Both the position numbers and the translations under genes were made by a program. This document shows, piece after piece, positions 17,301-26,488 of a stretch of 44,875 bases of DNA (the stretch's first letter is position 1; the number at the start of each line of letters is the position of its first letter). The notes beneath the pieces were generated by a model. It was not told the DNA's origin. It ran no database searches and was given only the letters and a program-made list of their open reading frames with translations. The DNA lies in IMG/VR virus record IMGVR_UViG_3300031949_000072, positions 1 through 44,875 of that record; one strand, written 5' to 3'. Source of the stretch: a virus. Lineage: Duplodnaviria > Caudoviricetes.

Positions 17301-20268
17301 GCACGAGCTGCGGAGGAAGGACAAGCGGCCGGCTCTCGACGACCGGTTGCATGACGAGCGCCGGCGGTGGCGGGAGCGCCGGGACGCTCGGCTTGCCGGT
17401 CGCCACGGGCGGCGGCGGCGTCGTGGCGCTCGGCTTGGAAGGTCCAGCCGGCAGGCCAATTGGAATTGGCACGCCGAACAACATCCCGACGATCTTCAGC
17501 ACCGCGAGACGAACTAGTTGTTGAATGATGGCATCGACCATGCTCTTGAACACATCTTCCATCGCCTCGGCGAAGGTCTTGGCTTGGAAGATCGCATCGG
17601 TAAAGGCCTGCCCCAAACTGCCGATCAGTGCGTTCTGAATATTCACGCCAACGTCTGCGAATGCAGCGTCGAAGGCGGAGGCGCTTTTCTCCGCTGCCTT
17701 TAGCCCCTCCTCGAACTTCTTCACCTCAACCTTGAGTTCGAGGTTGGTCGGGAACTGCTCGACCAGCGCCTTGAGCCGCGCGAGTGCCACGTGCGCCATC
17801 GGGAAGTCGCGAAGCTCGACGCGGAGCTGGAAGTCCTTCTTGACGGGCAGCGCGTCGAGCAGAGGCTTGAGCGTTTCGAGGCGCGCGCGCGCAGCTTCGG
17901 CGTCACCCTCAAGCTCGGCGATGAGCGGGATGCCGCCGGACAGCGTCCGCATCTTCTCGATGGCCCCGGCGATGGTCGTCAGCGTGCCGAGGAGTAGCTC
18001 GGGGTCAGCGGCGGTCAGCGCGCGGTCGATCATGTCGCGGAGCCCGGCCATCGCCTGTTCGGCCGACTTGGCGCCGGCGACGAGCTGCGAGAGGTCGAAC
18101 GCCTGGACCTTGTCCGGCGTGATGTTGGCGAGGCCGGCGAGCGCGGTTTTCAGCTTGTCAACGTCGGCTCGCGCCTTCTCCTGGTCGAGCTTGATGTTGA
18201 TCTTCGCCTCGAACTCGCCGCGCAACGTGTTCTCGAACGCCTGCAGTTGCGCTGCACGTTCGGGGAGATCGACCTTCAGCTTCTCCAGGACTGCAAGCAG
18301 ACCGTTGAATGCGGTGGCCGCCACGTCCCCCTTGTCCACGACAGAGAGGAGCGCGGCGAACGCCGTCCGCGTCCGCCCCAGCTCCTCATTCAACGTGGCG
18401 CTCTTCCGCAGATCCTCCTCGCTCACGATCTCGATCTTCTGGTCGGGCCGGCGCGCCGCGGCGTCCAGGCCGGCACGGAGCTGTGCGAGCGCCGCAATCG
18501 AGCTCTCGTCCACGGCGACCTTGAGTCGAACGTCGGCCAGCTTGTTGAACTCGCGCGCAATGTCCAGGGCCTCGGAGAGCGCTCGCGTGCGGTCCTCGCC
18601 GACCGGGAGCACGGTGACCGCTTCGAGATGACTGCGCACCTCGTCCGCGAGCTTCTGCAGACGGTCCATCGAGGCGGTCGGCACCTGCAGCTCGATGCGC
18701 GCCTTGAGATCCAGAAGGCTCTCGACGTGCGCCCGCGCGCCTGTTACGGCGGCGTCCAGCGCCGGTTCGTCAATAGCCATGACAAGACGTTCTGGATCTG
18801 CTGCGGTCGTCGCCTCGCGAATCGCGTCCTCGATCTCTGCGGTGTCAACGATCACCTTGGCCGCGAGCGTCAGCGACTCGGACTGGAAGGCTGTCTTGAG
18901 CGCGCCTAGCGAGCGTTCGACCTGTTCGGCGGTCGAGGTGATCCGCAACTCAATGCCTGCCGCAGCGTCCGTGCGCATCTTCTGCAGCATGTCGTGGAAG
19001 TTGTCGCGCACCTTGTTGAAGTAGATCGTTCCGCTGGCAGCGGTGAGATCCGCAAGTCCCTTGTCCAGGGCGGCGATTGCAGCCTGCGCATCGACCAGGC
19101 TGCCCTTCTCGACGAGGATCTTGATGCTCTTGATCGCGTCGCTGCCCTTGAACTCCTGGAAGGCGCGCGCGGCTTCCTCGGCTCCAAGCTCGAAGGCGGC
19201 AGTCACGTGCTCGATCTGGCCGGCGACCGATGCGAGTGCCGGGTCTAGGTCACCGCGGATTGTCTTTGCCAGCGCGAAGGCCCGGTCAGCGAGCCGACGC
19301 ATCGACTCCTCCATCGACTGGAGGAACCCGCCGCCTGCGGCCTCGGCCACCTCACCGATGGCGTTCTTGAGCTGAGCCAGCGCACCCGTATACGTGTTGG
19401 CCGCGAGCGTGGCTGTGCCGCCGAACTTCGACTCGATCTGCGCCAGAGCCGCCGCGAACTTCTCGGCCTTCGGGATACCCTCGTCGAGCACGATGCCGTA
19501 GCGGCCGAGCATCGTTGTGCTGCCAGCGGCCGCCTTGGCGACGAGCATGGCAGCAGACTGCAGGTCGATACCGAGCGCCGCGGCGAGATCGGCTGCGGCC
19601 TTCGTCGCGCGATCGAGATCGCCGCCCGAGAGACGGCCGATCTGCGCGATGAGCGCTGAGGCGCCAATCGCCGCATCGTCCGAGAACGTCGTCAGCTCTT
19701 GGAGTTCGCCCGCGAGGTCCTGGACATGGCTGACTGCGGCCGCCGAGAACTGGCCGGTAGAGCCGAGCGCGATGGACAGCTTGGTCGTTGCCTGCTGTGC
19801 CCCGGCCGCCTCGTCGACGAACTTCTTGAAGCCGGCGACCGCGCGCTCCATCGCGAGCCCAAGCAGAAGGCCGGCGCCGGCCGCCGCCGCGATGCCGGTT
19901 GCAAGACCCGTGAACGAGCTGGCGCTGACAAGGCCCGAAAGACGGCTCGTGTCGAAGCCGCCGCCAGGCTTCGCGGCACCGCCAGCGAGCTTGCCCTGGA
20001 GCGCGGCGACACGCTTCTCAAGCTCCACGACCTTCGCGCGGAGCGAGTCAAGGTCGCCGGCGTTGATCTTGAGGGTGCGCGCCTGCATCAGACGCGCCAT
20101 GGAAGTTTCGGCCGTGCGCGCTGTGCCACCGAGCTGTCCCATGGCCGCGTTCACGCCACGGAATTGCGTCTGCAGCCGCCCGGCGCCCTGTCCGAGGCGA
20201 TCAAACGACTGGGCGGCCTGGTCGCCGCCCTTCGCCTGAACGAGGATTTCTAGGACGTTAGCCGCCAC
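14356..20268 (-). CDS. Tape measure protein with a large Pro/Val/Ala-rich repeat region
   Basis: Helical Ala/Gly-rich N-terminus (LQELTTFSDD, AADLAAALGIDL, MLGRYGI); follows the chaperone genes; NITALDSADF C-terminus. Confidence 0.88.
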   Translation of the reverse strand: MAANVLEILVQAKGGDQAAQSFDRLGQGAGRLQTQFRGVNAAMGQLGGTARTAETSMARLMQARTLKINAGDLDSLRAKVVELEKRVAALQGKLAGGAAKPGGGFDTSRLSGLVSASSFTGLATGIAAAAGAGLLLGLAMERAVAGFKKFVDEAAGAQQATTKLSIALGSTGQFSAAAVSHVQDLAGELQELTTFSDDAAIGASALIAQIGRLSGGDLDRATKAAADLAAALGIDLQSAAMLVAKAAAGSTTMLGRYGIVLDEGIPKAEKFAAALAQIESKFGGTATLAANTYTGALAQLKNAIGEVAEAAGGGFLQSMEESMRRLADRAFALAKTIRGDLDPALASVAGQIEHVTAAFELGAEEAARAFQEFKGSDAIKSIKILVEKGSLVDAQAAIAALDKGLADLTAASGTIYFNKVRDNFHDMLQKMRTDAAAGIELRITSTAEQVERSLGALKTAFQSESLTLAAKVIVDTAEIEDAIREATTAADPERLVMAIDEPALDAAVTGARAHVESLLDLKARIELQVPTASMDRLQKLADEVRSHLEAVTVLPVGEDRTRALSEALDIAREFNKLADVRLKVAVDESSIAALAQLRAGLDAAARRPDQKIEIVSEEDLRKSATLNEELGRTRTAFAALLSVVDKGDVAATAFNGLLAVLEKLKVDLPERAAQLQAFENTLRGEFEAKINIKLDQEKARADVDKLKTALAGLANITPDKVQAFDLSQLVAGAKSAEQAMAGLRDMIDRALTAADPELLLGTLTTIAGAIEKMRTLSGGIPLIAELEGDAEAARARLETLKPLLDALPVKKDFQLRVELRDFPMAHVALARLKALVEQFPTNLELKVEVKKFEEGLKAAEKSASAFDAAFADVGVNIQNALIGSLGQAFTDAIFQAKTFAEAMEDVFKSMVDAIIQQLVRLAVLKIVGMLFGVPIPIGLPAGPSKPSATTPPPPVATGKPSVPALPPPPALVMQPVVESRPLVLPPQLVRVAFDLRALDLGKIEIEPPIIVPPAPVEVSLAFAVPPMAPLVLDAPKILMPELAPLVARLRVSAVAPLTLGAPVVGFRPAAPVVLGAPITTVGSPGRQDLSAPAVRVGDLKPVDLVATVAAPGPQVLDAPRVLLSGMPSELQVAAPQLKVELRAPEVAELPAARIETRELVLAPAVRLEEPAAMVLRPAVQLTPPPALAFVPSVALVQPPTLALSPTVTLAAPPTLTFAPSVAISPPAEQRLGAPAVIFATPAPAVLSALATFRAPPLAEIALPAPVLRIGTPEAPEFRAPILGPLSFAAPPASVRPMQPVVLAAPPVAFKPLAERLVPAPPLSVGGFQSLDIAPPRVSVDTFGELVMPAPEVVVPQVPPVEVGLSLALPDLAPLVLDAPRVVVPPLAPVTPQLRVLAPPAATVQEPPVQFQPLRSVAFAAPAVSIERIAAQRLAPPPVSVGELKPLAPVFTVLAPPVERVSPPRFTVVGTAEEIRVPAPRVRVAVPSPELVAPPAARPVTLRASVEPAVSAAKLQPLVFQAPAVTTRPLSDLTLAPPSLAVGKLPRVEIPAPLLSAPPHGRLAFAAPEVTVGAIGRQTLAAPAVRVAALAPVVAQLPTVRSVLRAAAPEVRVARLSALTLQAPAVAAKPLPPVGLGPPDVAVGGLPQIRLPAPRFSVEPLADLAFPQPTILPPDAAVVAVQLRLGDLAPIEVPAPEVSVGKVPRETVTVPPPRRIVPPAATVGPVGRPTVSAPVVAPRVIAPPTQRPATPAPFPMGPLLAALARVAGALVESTRAILARGTSAAKIAAPTPPFAPIRPLASGAGGGGLLRQEVTPPRRALPAVAAAATIVPIARRVPSTTAAALSIPERRLLAPGQALAAVIPLQRRPVQATTPAPIEVRRASGQALELLAFSRRAAEFTRGVIRVPQVPLDTQLREQASDRARRFFRIEGPAPTKIEANITALDSADFERYMRSGRGSKAMAALARGRR

Positions 20269-20274
20269 CTGCTA

Positions 20275-20473
20275 TCACTCCTGCTGCTGGCGTGCCTGCT
20301 CGGCTCGGATCGCCGCCAGGCATTCAAGCGACTGCAGGCTGAACCGCAGATGTGCCGTCGGGATCTCCTGACCCGGCACGTCCTTCCGGTTCAGCATGAT
20401 CTCGTGCGGCATCCAGCTGAACGTCTCCCCCATCCACGCCAGGACTGCCATCGTGTCCCGGTCCCACGAGAAA
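20275..20473 (-). CDS. Tail assembly chaperone T-segment (frameshift product, or a small gene from ATG 20451)
   Basis: Frame overlaps the end of 20324..20953 and ends 7 nt before the tape measure; FSWMPHEI motif. Confidence 0.5.
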
Positions 20474-20953
20474 CTCGGGGCCGGCCACGTCGGGTGGCAG
20501 GCTCTTGATCTCACCGCCCGCGTCGGTCTCAAAGAGGACGGCGTTGCCGATGCGGACGATGGCGTCACCCAGCGAGTCCAGCTCGTCCACCGTCAGCTCG
20601 CCCTGCTCGCGGTTCGGCGGGCGGTCACCGTTCGCCAGCACCTTGACCGGGATCCACGTCTCGTCGTAGGTGAGGGTCGCGGGGTTCTTCTCGACGGCGC
20701 GCGCCGCCGTCACGACGACCGGCGCCAGCTTCTTGAGGTAGTCGAAATACTCGACCTTCTCCTCGGTGGTCCACTCGGTGTAGAGGCGGCCCGATGGCAT
20801 CGGAATCGACCCGCCCAGTACCATGAAGTCACCGATGCGCAGCGGCTTGACGCGCACCGCGCACGGCTTGCCGTCGTCGAGGACCTTCCCGAGCTGTACC
20901 TCGATGACCGCCGCCTTCGCCTCGTTGACGAGGTCGAAGATGTTGAGAGGCAT
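20324..20953 (-). CDS. Tail assembly chaperone (gpG-like)
   Basis: Lies between the tail tube and tape measure genes; GGTGGAG RBS. Confidence 0.65.
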   Translation of the reverse strand: MPLNIFDLVNEAKAAVIEVQLGKVLDDGKPCAVRVKPLRIGDFMVLGGSIPMPSGRLYTEWTTEEKVEYFDYLKKLAPVVVTAARAVEKNPATLTYDETWIPVKVLANGDRPPNREQGELTVDELDSLGDAIVRIGNAVLFETDAGGEIKSLPPDVAGPEFLVGPGHDGSPGVDGGDVQLDAARDHAEPEGRAGSGDPDGTSAVQPAVA

Positions 20954-20972
20954 CTTTGCTCCACCTTTCGGA

Positions 20973-22673
20973 TCACACCGCGGTCGAGTAGGCGGCGATG
21001 ACAGACACGTAGTCCAGCCGCCACTCGGGCGTTCCGGTGCCGCCCGTCACCTTGCTCTTGACCCGCACCTTGAACATGGTCGGGCCCATCTCGCCTCCGG
21101 CCGTGTCCCACACGTGGCCCCACGTATCGCTCGTCGCTCCGAGCGCGTAGGTGGCTTCGGTCGTCGTCAGCTCGCCGGTCGTCTTGGCCGTGGTCCAGCT
21201 CGTGCCGCCATCCCACGAGAGATCCACCTCGATGGTCAGCGTGCCGCTCCCGGTCGACTCCTCCTTGTACAGATCGAGCGCCACCTCGATACCGAGAATC
21301 GCGGCACCGCTCGGAATCGCCGCGAGATCGAATCCTGCGTACTTGGTCGTGGCGTCCGCGACGATCGTGTGCGCGTAGGCGCCGGCGTCGACCAGGGCCT
21401 CGGCGACGGCGATCCAGTCGAGGTCCGCGTCGTTGGTGGTCGGCGGCGTTGGCCCAGCATAGCCATCGTCATCGCCGATCACGAGATTGCCGCCCTCAGC
21501 GCTCGAAGCATAGGCCGAGTTCTGCCCGACGGTCTGAATGAGCAGCATGTTCTTCGAGTTGGCCGCGAGGCTCGACTCACCCGTCGTGTAGGTCGCGAGC
21601 TGCCCCTCGAACTCGAAGGTCAAGGGCGGCGCACCGCCCTCCGTGACGCCGTCGTCCATCTTGCTCCAGATGAGGTTCTTGATGTAGATGTCGCAGGCGT
21701 AGGGCACAGGATCGGTCGCGTGGGCATTCGTGTCCGACACGTACCGAATGCGGAGCGCCGAGGCCCGCTTCTCCAGGTAGTCGAGGATCGGCGTCCCCGT
21801 GTCGGTCGCGAGCAGGTGTTGCTCGACAAGGCACGAGATCTTGCCCGACACGCGCCACCCGTCTACGTGTCCGGGCTTCTGCAGTCCATCGGGGTCGTTC
21901 AAGAAGCTTGGCGCGAACTCCACGTTCGATTCGAGCTGGAACTCGAATGCCGTCACGTTGAGATCGCGTGTCCCGGCGGCCCCCACCTTGAGGATGCCAG
22001 GCGACTTCGCGAGACCCGTGCGGTTCTTCAGGTCGCGCGCGCGGATCGGCGTGTCGGTGAGGATGGGCGCCACGAGGTCCCCGGCGATCGTGGCATAGGG
22101 CACGGTCGCGATCTGTCCGATGATGTCAAACGTGACGCGCGGGCGGTCGCCAGCCGGATGCTCCCAGCGCATGCGCTTGATGATGCAGCCGGTGAAGATC
22201 TCGCGCGTGCCGCCCGTCGTGTTGCCACCGCGCCAGGCTCGGAAGGTGAGACCCGGCCCCACTCCGCTCGCAGATCCAGCGGCCGACATCTTGTAGCTCT
22301 GCGGTAGGAAGTTGTGCACGCGGAACGTGCCGACCGCGCCACCCGTCGATGTGCCATCCAGCAGCTTGTCGACGGCGCCCAGCACCTCGCTGCCGCCGAA
22401 CGCATGGACCAGGAGCTGATTGAACCAGACGGCCTGATAGCGCGGGTACACGGTGAACGAGGCTTCGATGGATCCGCGGCCGAAGTCGGCCGTGCTCTGC
22501 GCGCCGACGTTCCCGATCTCCCTGCTCTTCGGGAAGGTCGCGCGCGTGATCCTGAACTCCTCGCCCAGGAGCGGAATGCGCTTGTAGCCGCCCCCGGGAT
22601 CGTTGTCGTAGTTTCCCTCGATGACCATTTCGAGGCCCGTGTAGCGGTCGTGTCCGCGGACGAGCGGTGCCAT
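20973..22673 (-). CDS. Tail tube protein paralogue 2, with a C-terminal accessory domain
   Basis: Aligns by eye with 22698..23867 over about 390 aa, then carries about 160 extra residues. Confidence 0.75.
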   Translation of the reverse strand: MAPLVRGHDRYTGLEMVIEGNYDNDPGGGYKRIPLLGEEFRITRATFPKSREIGNVGAQSTADFGRGSIEASFTVYPRYQAVWFNQLLVHAFGGSEVLGAVDKLLDGTSTGGAVGTFRVHNFLPQSYKMSAAGSASGVGPGLTFRAWRGGNTTGGTREIFTGCIIKRMRWEHPAGDRPRVTFDIIGQIATVPYATIAGDLVAPILTDTPIRARDLKNRTGLAKSPGILKVGAAGTRDLNVTAFEFQLESNVEFAPSFLNDPDGLQKPGHVDGWRVSGKISCLVEQHLLATDTGTPILDYLEKRASALRIRYVSDTNAHATDPVPYACDIYIKNLIWSKMDDGVTEGGAPPLTFEFEGQLATYTTGESSLAANSKNMLLIQTVGQNSAYASSAEGGNLVIGDDDGYAGPTPPTTNDADLDWIAVAEALVDAGAYAHTIVADATTKYAGFDLAAIPSGAAILGIEVALDLYKEESTGSGTLTIEVDLSWDGGTSWTTAKTTGELTTTEATYALGATSDTWGHVWDTAGGEMGPTMFKVRVKSKVTGGTGTPEWRLDYVSVIAAYSTAV

Positions 22674-22697
22674 TCTGTTGCTCCCTTCTCGCCGCGC

Positions 22698-23867
22698 CTA
22701 CAGCACGGACCATGCAGCGTCGCCGTCGTCCGTGGGCTTGACCGCACAGATCATGCGGAAGTCCCCGGCGGACCCGGTGGGCGGCGTGGCCGGCGTGACG
22801 AACGTGCCGTTGGTGGCCCGGAACTTGAAGTTGGAGGGCGGCGCTCCGGGCTCGCTGATCGCGGCCCGCGCCTCCTCCCAGACAACGCTCGGGAAGTCGA
22901 GCATGATGGCGAACTTCTGCGAGCCGTTCACGACCGACGTGCTCGCGTAGACCGCACGACACTTGCTGACCGTCTTGTCCAAGAACTCCCGGTAAGGCTT
23001 CCCGGCGGCCAGGTAGTCCTGTTCGACCTGCGACCTGATGTCCATCGTGATGTCCCGCGTCTCCGAGACGCCCGGCTGCTCCGGGTTGTCCGGGTCGTTG
23101 GCGAATGCGGTCTCGAAGGTCAGGTGTCGATCAACGGTCAGCGTGAACCCGCGGAAGTTGAGCTGGGCGAGCGACGCGCCGACCTGGAACTTCGAGTCAG
23201 TGCCCACGACGTTCGACATGTCGCGCGGCTTGACGTAGATCGGCGTGATGACCGATCCGCCCGCCAGCTGGCCCACCGTGCTGAGCGGCCCGGCGCTCGC
23301 CAGCGTCGTGTAGGGCGCAGCCGGCATCTTGCCGAGGATGTCGAGCGTGATCTTCGGCACGTCGTCCTCGGGCTGCTCCCAGACCATGCGCGAGATCATG
23401 CAGCCCATGAAGTTCTGGATGTAACCGGCTTGCGTCGCGCCACCCTTCCACACGCGGAGTCCGAATCCGCGCGAGAGCGCCGAGGCAAAGACGAACGCAT
23501 GCTGGTTGCAGACGTTCGTACCGTTCGCCACTCCGTAGATGTCGACGTCGGGCGTCAACACCTCATCGCCCATGAATTGCGCGATCAGGTTCCAGAACCA
23601 CTCCTGGTTGTAGCGCGGCTGGATGACCAGCGTGCCCTTGACCAGGGTTGCCCCGGGTTCCACGAACGGCAGGGCGCCCGACTCTCCGAACTCCTTCGAC
23701 TTCGGATAGCTCTCGCGCTCGACCGTCATGGTCTCGGAGAGGATGGGCAGAGCCTTCCACTCGTAGGGCGTCGTGCCGCTCGGCACGTCTCCCCAGGTTG
23801 CCGCCAGCGAGTTCTCGGCGATCTCGACGGCAGTCCAGGCATCGTGTCCGCGCACCAGCGGTGCCAT
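22698..23867 (-). CDS. Tail tube (major tail) protein paralogue 1
   Basis: Follows the terminator gene; FMGCMISRM.WE and F.LTVDRHL patterns; AGGAGG RBS. Confidence 0.78.
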   Translation of the reverse strand: MAPLVRGHDAWTAVEIAENSLAATWGDVPSGTTPYEWKALPILSETMTVERESYPKSKEFGESGALPFVEPGATLVKGTLVIQPRYNQEWFWNLIAQFMGDEVLTPDVDIYGVANGTNVCNQHAFVFASALSRGFGLRVWKGGATQAGYIQNFMGCMISRMVWEQPEDDVPKITLDILGKMPAAPYTTLASAGPLSTVGQLAGGSVITPIYVKPRDMSNVVGTDSKFQVGASLAQLNFRGFTLTVDRHLTFETAFANDPDNPEQPGVSETRDITMDIRSQVEQDYLAAGKPYREFLDKTVSKCRAVYASTSVVNGSQKFAIMLDFPSVVWEEARAAISEPGAPPSNFKFRATNGTFVTPATPPTGSAGDFRMICAVKPTDDGDAAWSVL

Positions 23868-23883
23868 GCTTCGTCCTCCTCAG

Positions 23884-24366
23884 CTAGACGGTCACGCCGG
23901 GCTGGTAGTCGTACTCGACTCGCACCCGCACCGTCACGGCAGCAAGGTTCTGCTCCGGGCTGTACCCGGGCACGTCGATCATGTCGACGAAGGCGTCGTT
24001 CGCCGAACCGTTCAGCGTCGGATTCGCCCCGACGGCAAGCACGAGGTCGTGCAGGACGTCCTGCAGCTCGTTCACGAGGTTCGCACCGGCGCCGCTTGCG
24101 TGGCGCAAGAGCACGTCTACGTAGAGCTGGAGCGTGGCGGTCGTCATCTCGTCGCGGTCGGCGAACCGCCGTTCGTGCGTCTCCTGTGCGTCGCTGACCC
24201 GCAACGTCAATCCAGCGATCTGCAGTCGCGCGTCGTCCGAGTCGAACGTGCTCGCCACCTGGTTCGTAGCCGTGTACGTGTAGAAGTAAGTCGAGCCGGC
24301 GGTCACGGCCGCCAGTACGGCAACGAGCTGCGCGATGATGTTCTTGCGGCTGGACGCGGTTGCCAT
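23884..24366 (-). CDS. Tail terminator/completion protein
   Basis: Position; SRKNIIAQLVAVL N-terminus; NPTLNGSA; VRVEY C-terminus. Confidence 0.7.
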   Translation of the reverse strand: MATASSRKNIIAQLVAVLAAVTAGSTYFYTYTATNQVASTFDSDDARLQIAGLTLRVSDAQETHERRFADRDEMTTATLQLYVDVLLRHASGAGANLVNELQDVLHDLVLAVGANPTLNGSANDAFVDMIDVPGYSPEQNLAAVTVRVRVEYDYQPGVTV

Positions 24367-24833
24367 CAGCGGCCTTCCAGCCAGAGCTTCGCCTGGCGCT
24401 CGGCGGCCTTGATCGCGGTCGGCGCGCCGAACCGCACGGCATCCCGCGCGTAGTACTTCGGCCGGATGTTCATCTGGCGGCTGTGCGCGCGCACCTCGAT
24501 CTCCTTTTGCCCGCCGCGCACGCGCGCCCGCATGAACGAGCGCACGGACACCGTGCCACGGAATCCCTCTTCCTGGACCCGAGCGTAGGTGACGGCCGTC
24601 CCGACGATTGCCGTATCATCGGCGACGAGTCGGGTCGTGAATCCACCGGCGAGGCGCCCCGTGATGCGTCGTAGGCGCTGACCACTCAGGTAGTTGGTCA
24701 CCATGTAGTCGCGAAGCGCCTCGCCAGCGTTGAACAGCATCCTGCCCTGCGCCTGCGGGTATCGGTTCCGGAGTCCAGCGAGCCGCGCGCGCAGCTCGTC
24801 GGTGCCCCTCACCACGAGAGCGTCGTCAGCCAA
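24366..24833 (-). CDS. HK97 gp10-like/neck tail-completion protein
   Basis: TTG start 24833; RRITGRL...VGTAVTYARVQEEG...RPKYY. Confidence 0.72.
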   Translation of the reverse strand: MADDALVVRGTDELRARLAGLRNRYPQAQGRMLFNAGEALRDYMVTNYLSGQRLRRITGRLAGGFTTRLVADDTAIVGTAVTYARVQEEGFRGTVSVRSFMRARVRGGQKEIEVRAHSRQMNIRPKYYARDAVRFGAPTAIKAAERQAKLWLEGR

Positions 24834-25479
24834 TGAGCGCCTCCATTCTGCGGAAGCGCCGGAGCACGGCTTCGGTTGCCGGCGGCATCTCGCCGAGCTG
24901 GAATGCCTTCGACTCCTGGTTGATCGTCTCGCTCGCCACGTCCCAGCTCTTCTTGTCCACGCGCTTAAGCTCGGTCCCGATCCAGGAGGCGAAGGCGCGC
25001 TGAATGTCGGCCGGCAACTGCCCCGAGGTGTAGCCCGCGGTGAACACGATCTTGAAGCTGTGGCGAGCGCGCGGGAAGTAGGCACCCTGGATCCCGTGCA
25101 GGACGCCGCTCTGCTTGTCCACCATGTACTCGGTCGTCCCGAAGACCTTCATCACGGAGAAGGTCCCCGAGCTGTCGATGGCGCGCCCCTCCTCGACGCT
25201 CGTCACGCTGTCCACGGGGTACTGCGCGAGTGCCAGCGACGTGTCGCCTGGACCGTCGTACAGGTGAACGTAGGGCGCGGTGTTCAGCTTGAAGATGCGG
25301 CCGCCGGTGAACTGGTGCGCCGCCTGATGCACGCCGTCGAGCAACGCCTGGAGCACCGTGTCGTTCTCCGTACCAACGAGCTTGAGCAGCGACTTGATCC
25401 CGGCCAGCGTCAGGATCTCGTAGTCGTTGCCCGCGCCGACTCGCGTTGCTCCGGGTCCGGAGATCTGGATCACGGTCAC
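24826..25479 (-). CDS. Head-tail connector (gp6-like)
   Basis: LTLAGIKSLLK...NDTVLQALL, YPVDSVTSV, FTAGY...LPADIQRA; GTGA overlap. Confidence 0.8.
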   Translation of the reverse strand: MTVIQISGPGATRVGAGNDYEILTLAGIKSLLKLVGTENDTVLQALLDGVHQAAHQFTGGRIFKLNTAPYVHLYDGPGDTSLALAQYPVDSVTSVEEGRAIDSSGTFSVMKVFGTTEYMVDKQSGVLHGIQGAYFPRARHSFKIVFTAGYTSGQLPADIQRAFASWIGTELKRVDKKSWDVASETINQESKAFQLGEMPPATEAVLRRFRRMEALIG

Positions 25480-26081
25480 CGCCCCTGTGCGTGAAACAAG
25501 GTGAATCGGATCGTCGTAGTCTTGCCGGCAGCAGTCGCCGCCAACGGTTTCAGGAGGATCGTATAGGCTGCCTGGCCGATGCTGCCGAGGCTCCCATGCG
25601 CCGCCACCTGCGAGACGTTCACGAACAGCGCCCGCTTCTGGCCGGCGGCGATCGCCGCGACGAACTGTGCCGCGCCGAGCGTCACGCTGTGATAGGTCCC
25701 GGTGCTGCCGTGCTGGAGGAAGGGACCGGGATCGCCGGAGCCGTCCGCGGCCGCGGGGTTCAGGAACGCGATCTGCGCGGCGTTCGCCCCGGCCCATGCG
25801 CGCATCAGGGTCGTGCCGTCCGCGGTGAACGCGAACGTGGCATCATCCACGCCCGCCGCGTTGATCTTCTCCATGGCGATGCCGATGGCGGCATAGCGCC
25901 ACTCGTCGAGCCCGGCGAGCGGGATGACCTGCGCGGCCGTTGGATGTACTGGCGTCGTTGCGTGCCGGCCGATCTCCGCCAGCCCGCCGCCCGCATTCAC
26001 CCCGAGGTACAGCTGGTCGCCGTTGGCCGCGGCCCACGTCACGTCCAACGTCCCGAAGATGTTGGCGTCGCGGAGAATCAT
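25476..26081 (-). CDS. Hypothetical virion protein (possible head decoration)
   Basis: ATG 26081 in an ATGA overlap, AAGGAG RBS; head-gene context. Confidence 0.6.
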   Translation of the reverse strand: MILRDANIFGTLDVTWAAANGDQLYLGVNAGGGLAEIGRHATTPVHPTAAQVIPLAGLDEWRYAAIGIAMEKINAAGVDDATFAFTADGTTLMRAWAGANAAQIAFLNPAAADGSGDPGPFLQHGSTGTYHSVTLGAAQFVAAIAAGQKRALFVNVSQVAAHGSLGSIGQAAYTILLKPLAATAAGKTTTIRFTLFHAQGR

Positions 26082-26488
26082 CGCGGCGGCTCCTTGCCCG
26101 GCGGCAGGATGATGGCAGTGCACGCCTTGACCGACATCTGCCAGCGCAAGGCTTCGATCTCAATGCCGTTGACCTGCTCCCACTTGTAGGGTGCGAGCGT
26201 CCGCCCGCGCTTGATGGTCACCGGGCGGCCGTCGACCGGGTCCACCATGACCCAGAACTTGACGCGCTTCTTCGATTCCTCGCGCACCGCTTCGCGATTC
26301 ATGGGCGGCGCGCCGGGCGCCGGCTTCGGTTGCTTGGCGACCTCCGCCGCCATCGCGGCCGTGTAAGCCTTCGTCTCCAGCTCGGCCTTCGTCTCAGCAG
26401 AGATCGGAGGCGCCGGCGCGTCGGGCGCCAGCCTGCGGGCCGGGTCCAGCTCATCGGGCTTGACCGCCTGCTTCCCGGGATCGGGCAT
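26078..26488 (-). CDS. Hypothetical protein after the capsid gene
   Basis: AAGGAG RBS; Pro/Ala-rich N-terminus. Confidence 0.6.
   Translation of the reverse strand: MPDPGKQAVKPDELDPARRLAPDAPAPPISAETKAELETKAYTAAMAAEVAKQPKPAPGAPPMNREAVREESKKRVKFWVMVDPVDGRPVTIKRGRTLAPYKWEQVNGIEIEALRWQMSVKACTAIILPPGKEPPR

Noticed and set aside
15976-17524. Long plus-strand ORFs (513 and 509 aa) opposite the tape measure
   Set aside because: Antisense shadows expected from high GC and Pro/Ala/Val codons; no motifs or RBS.
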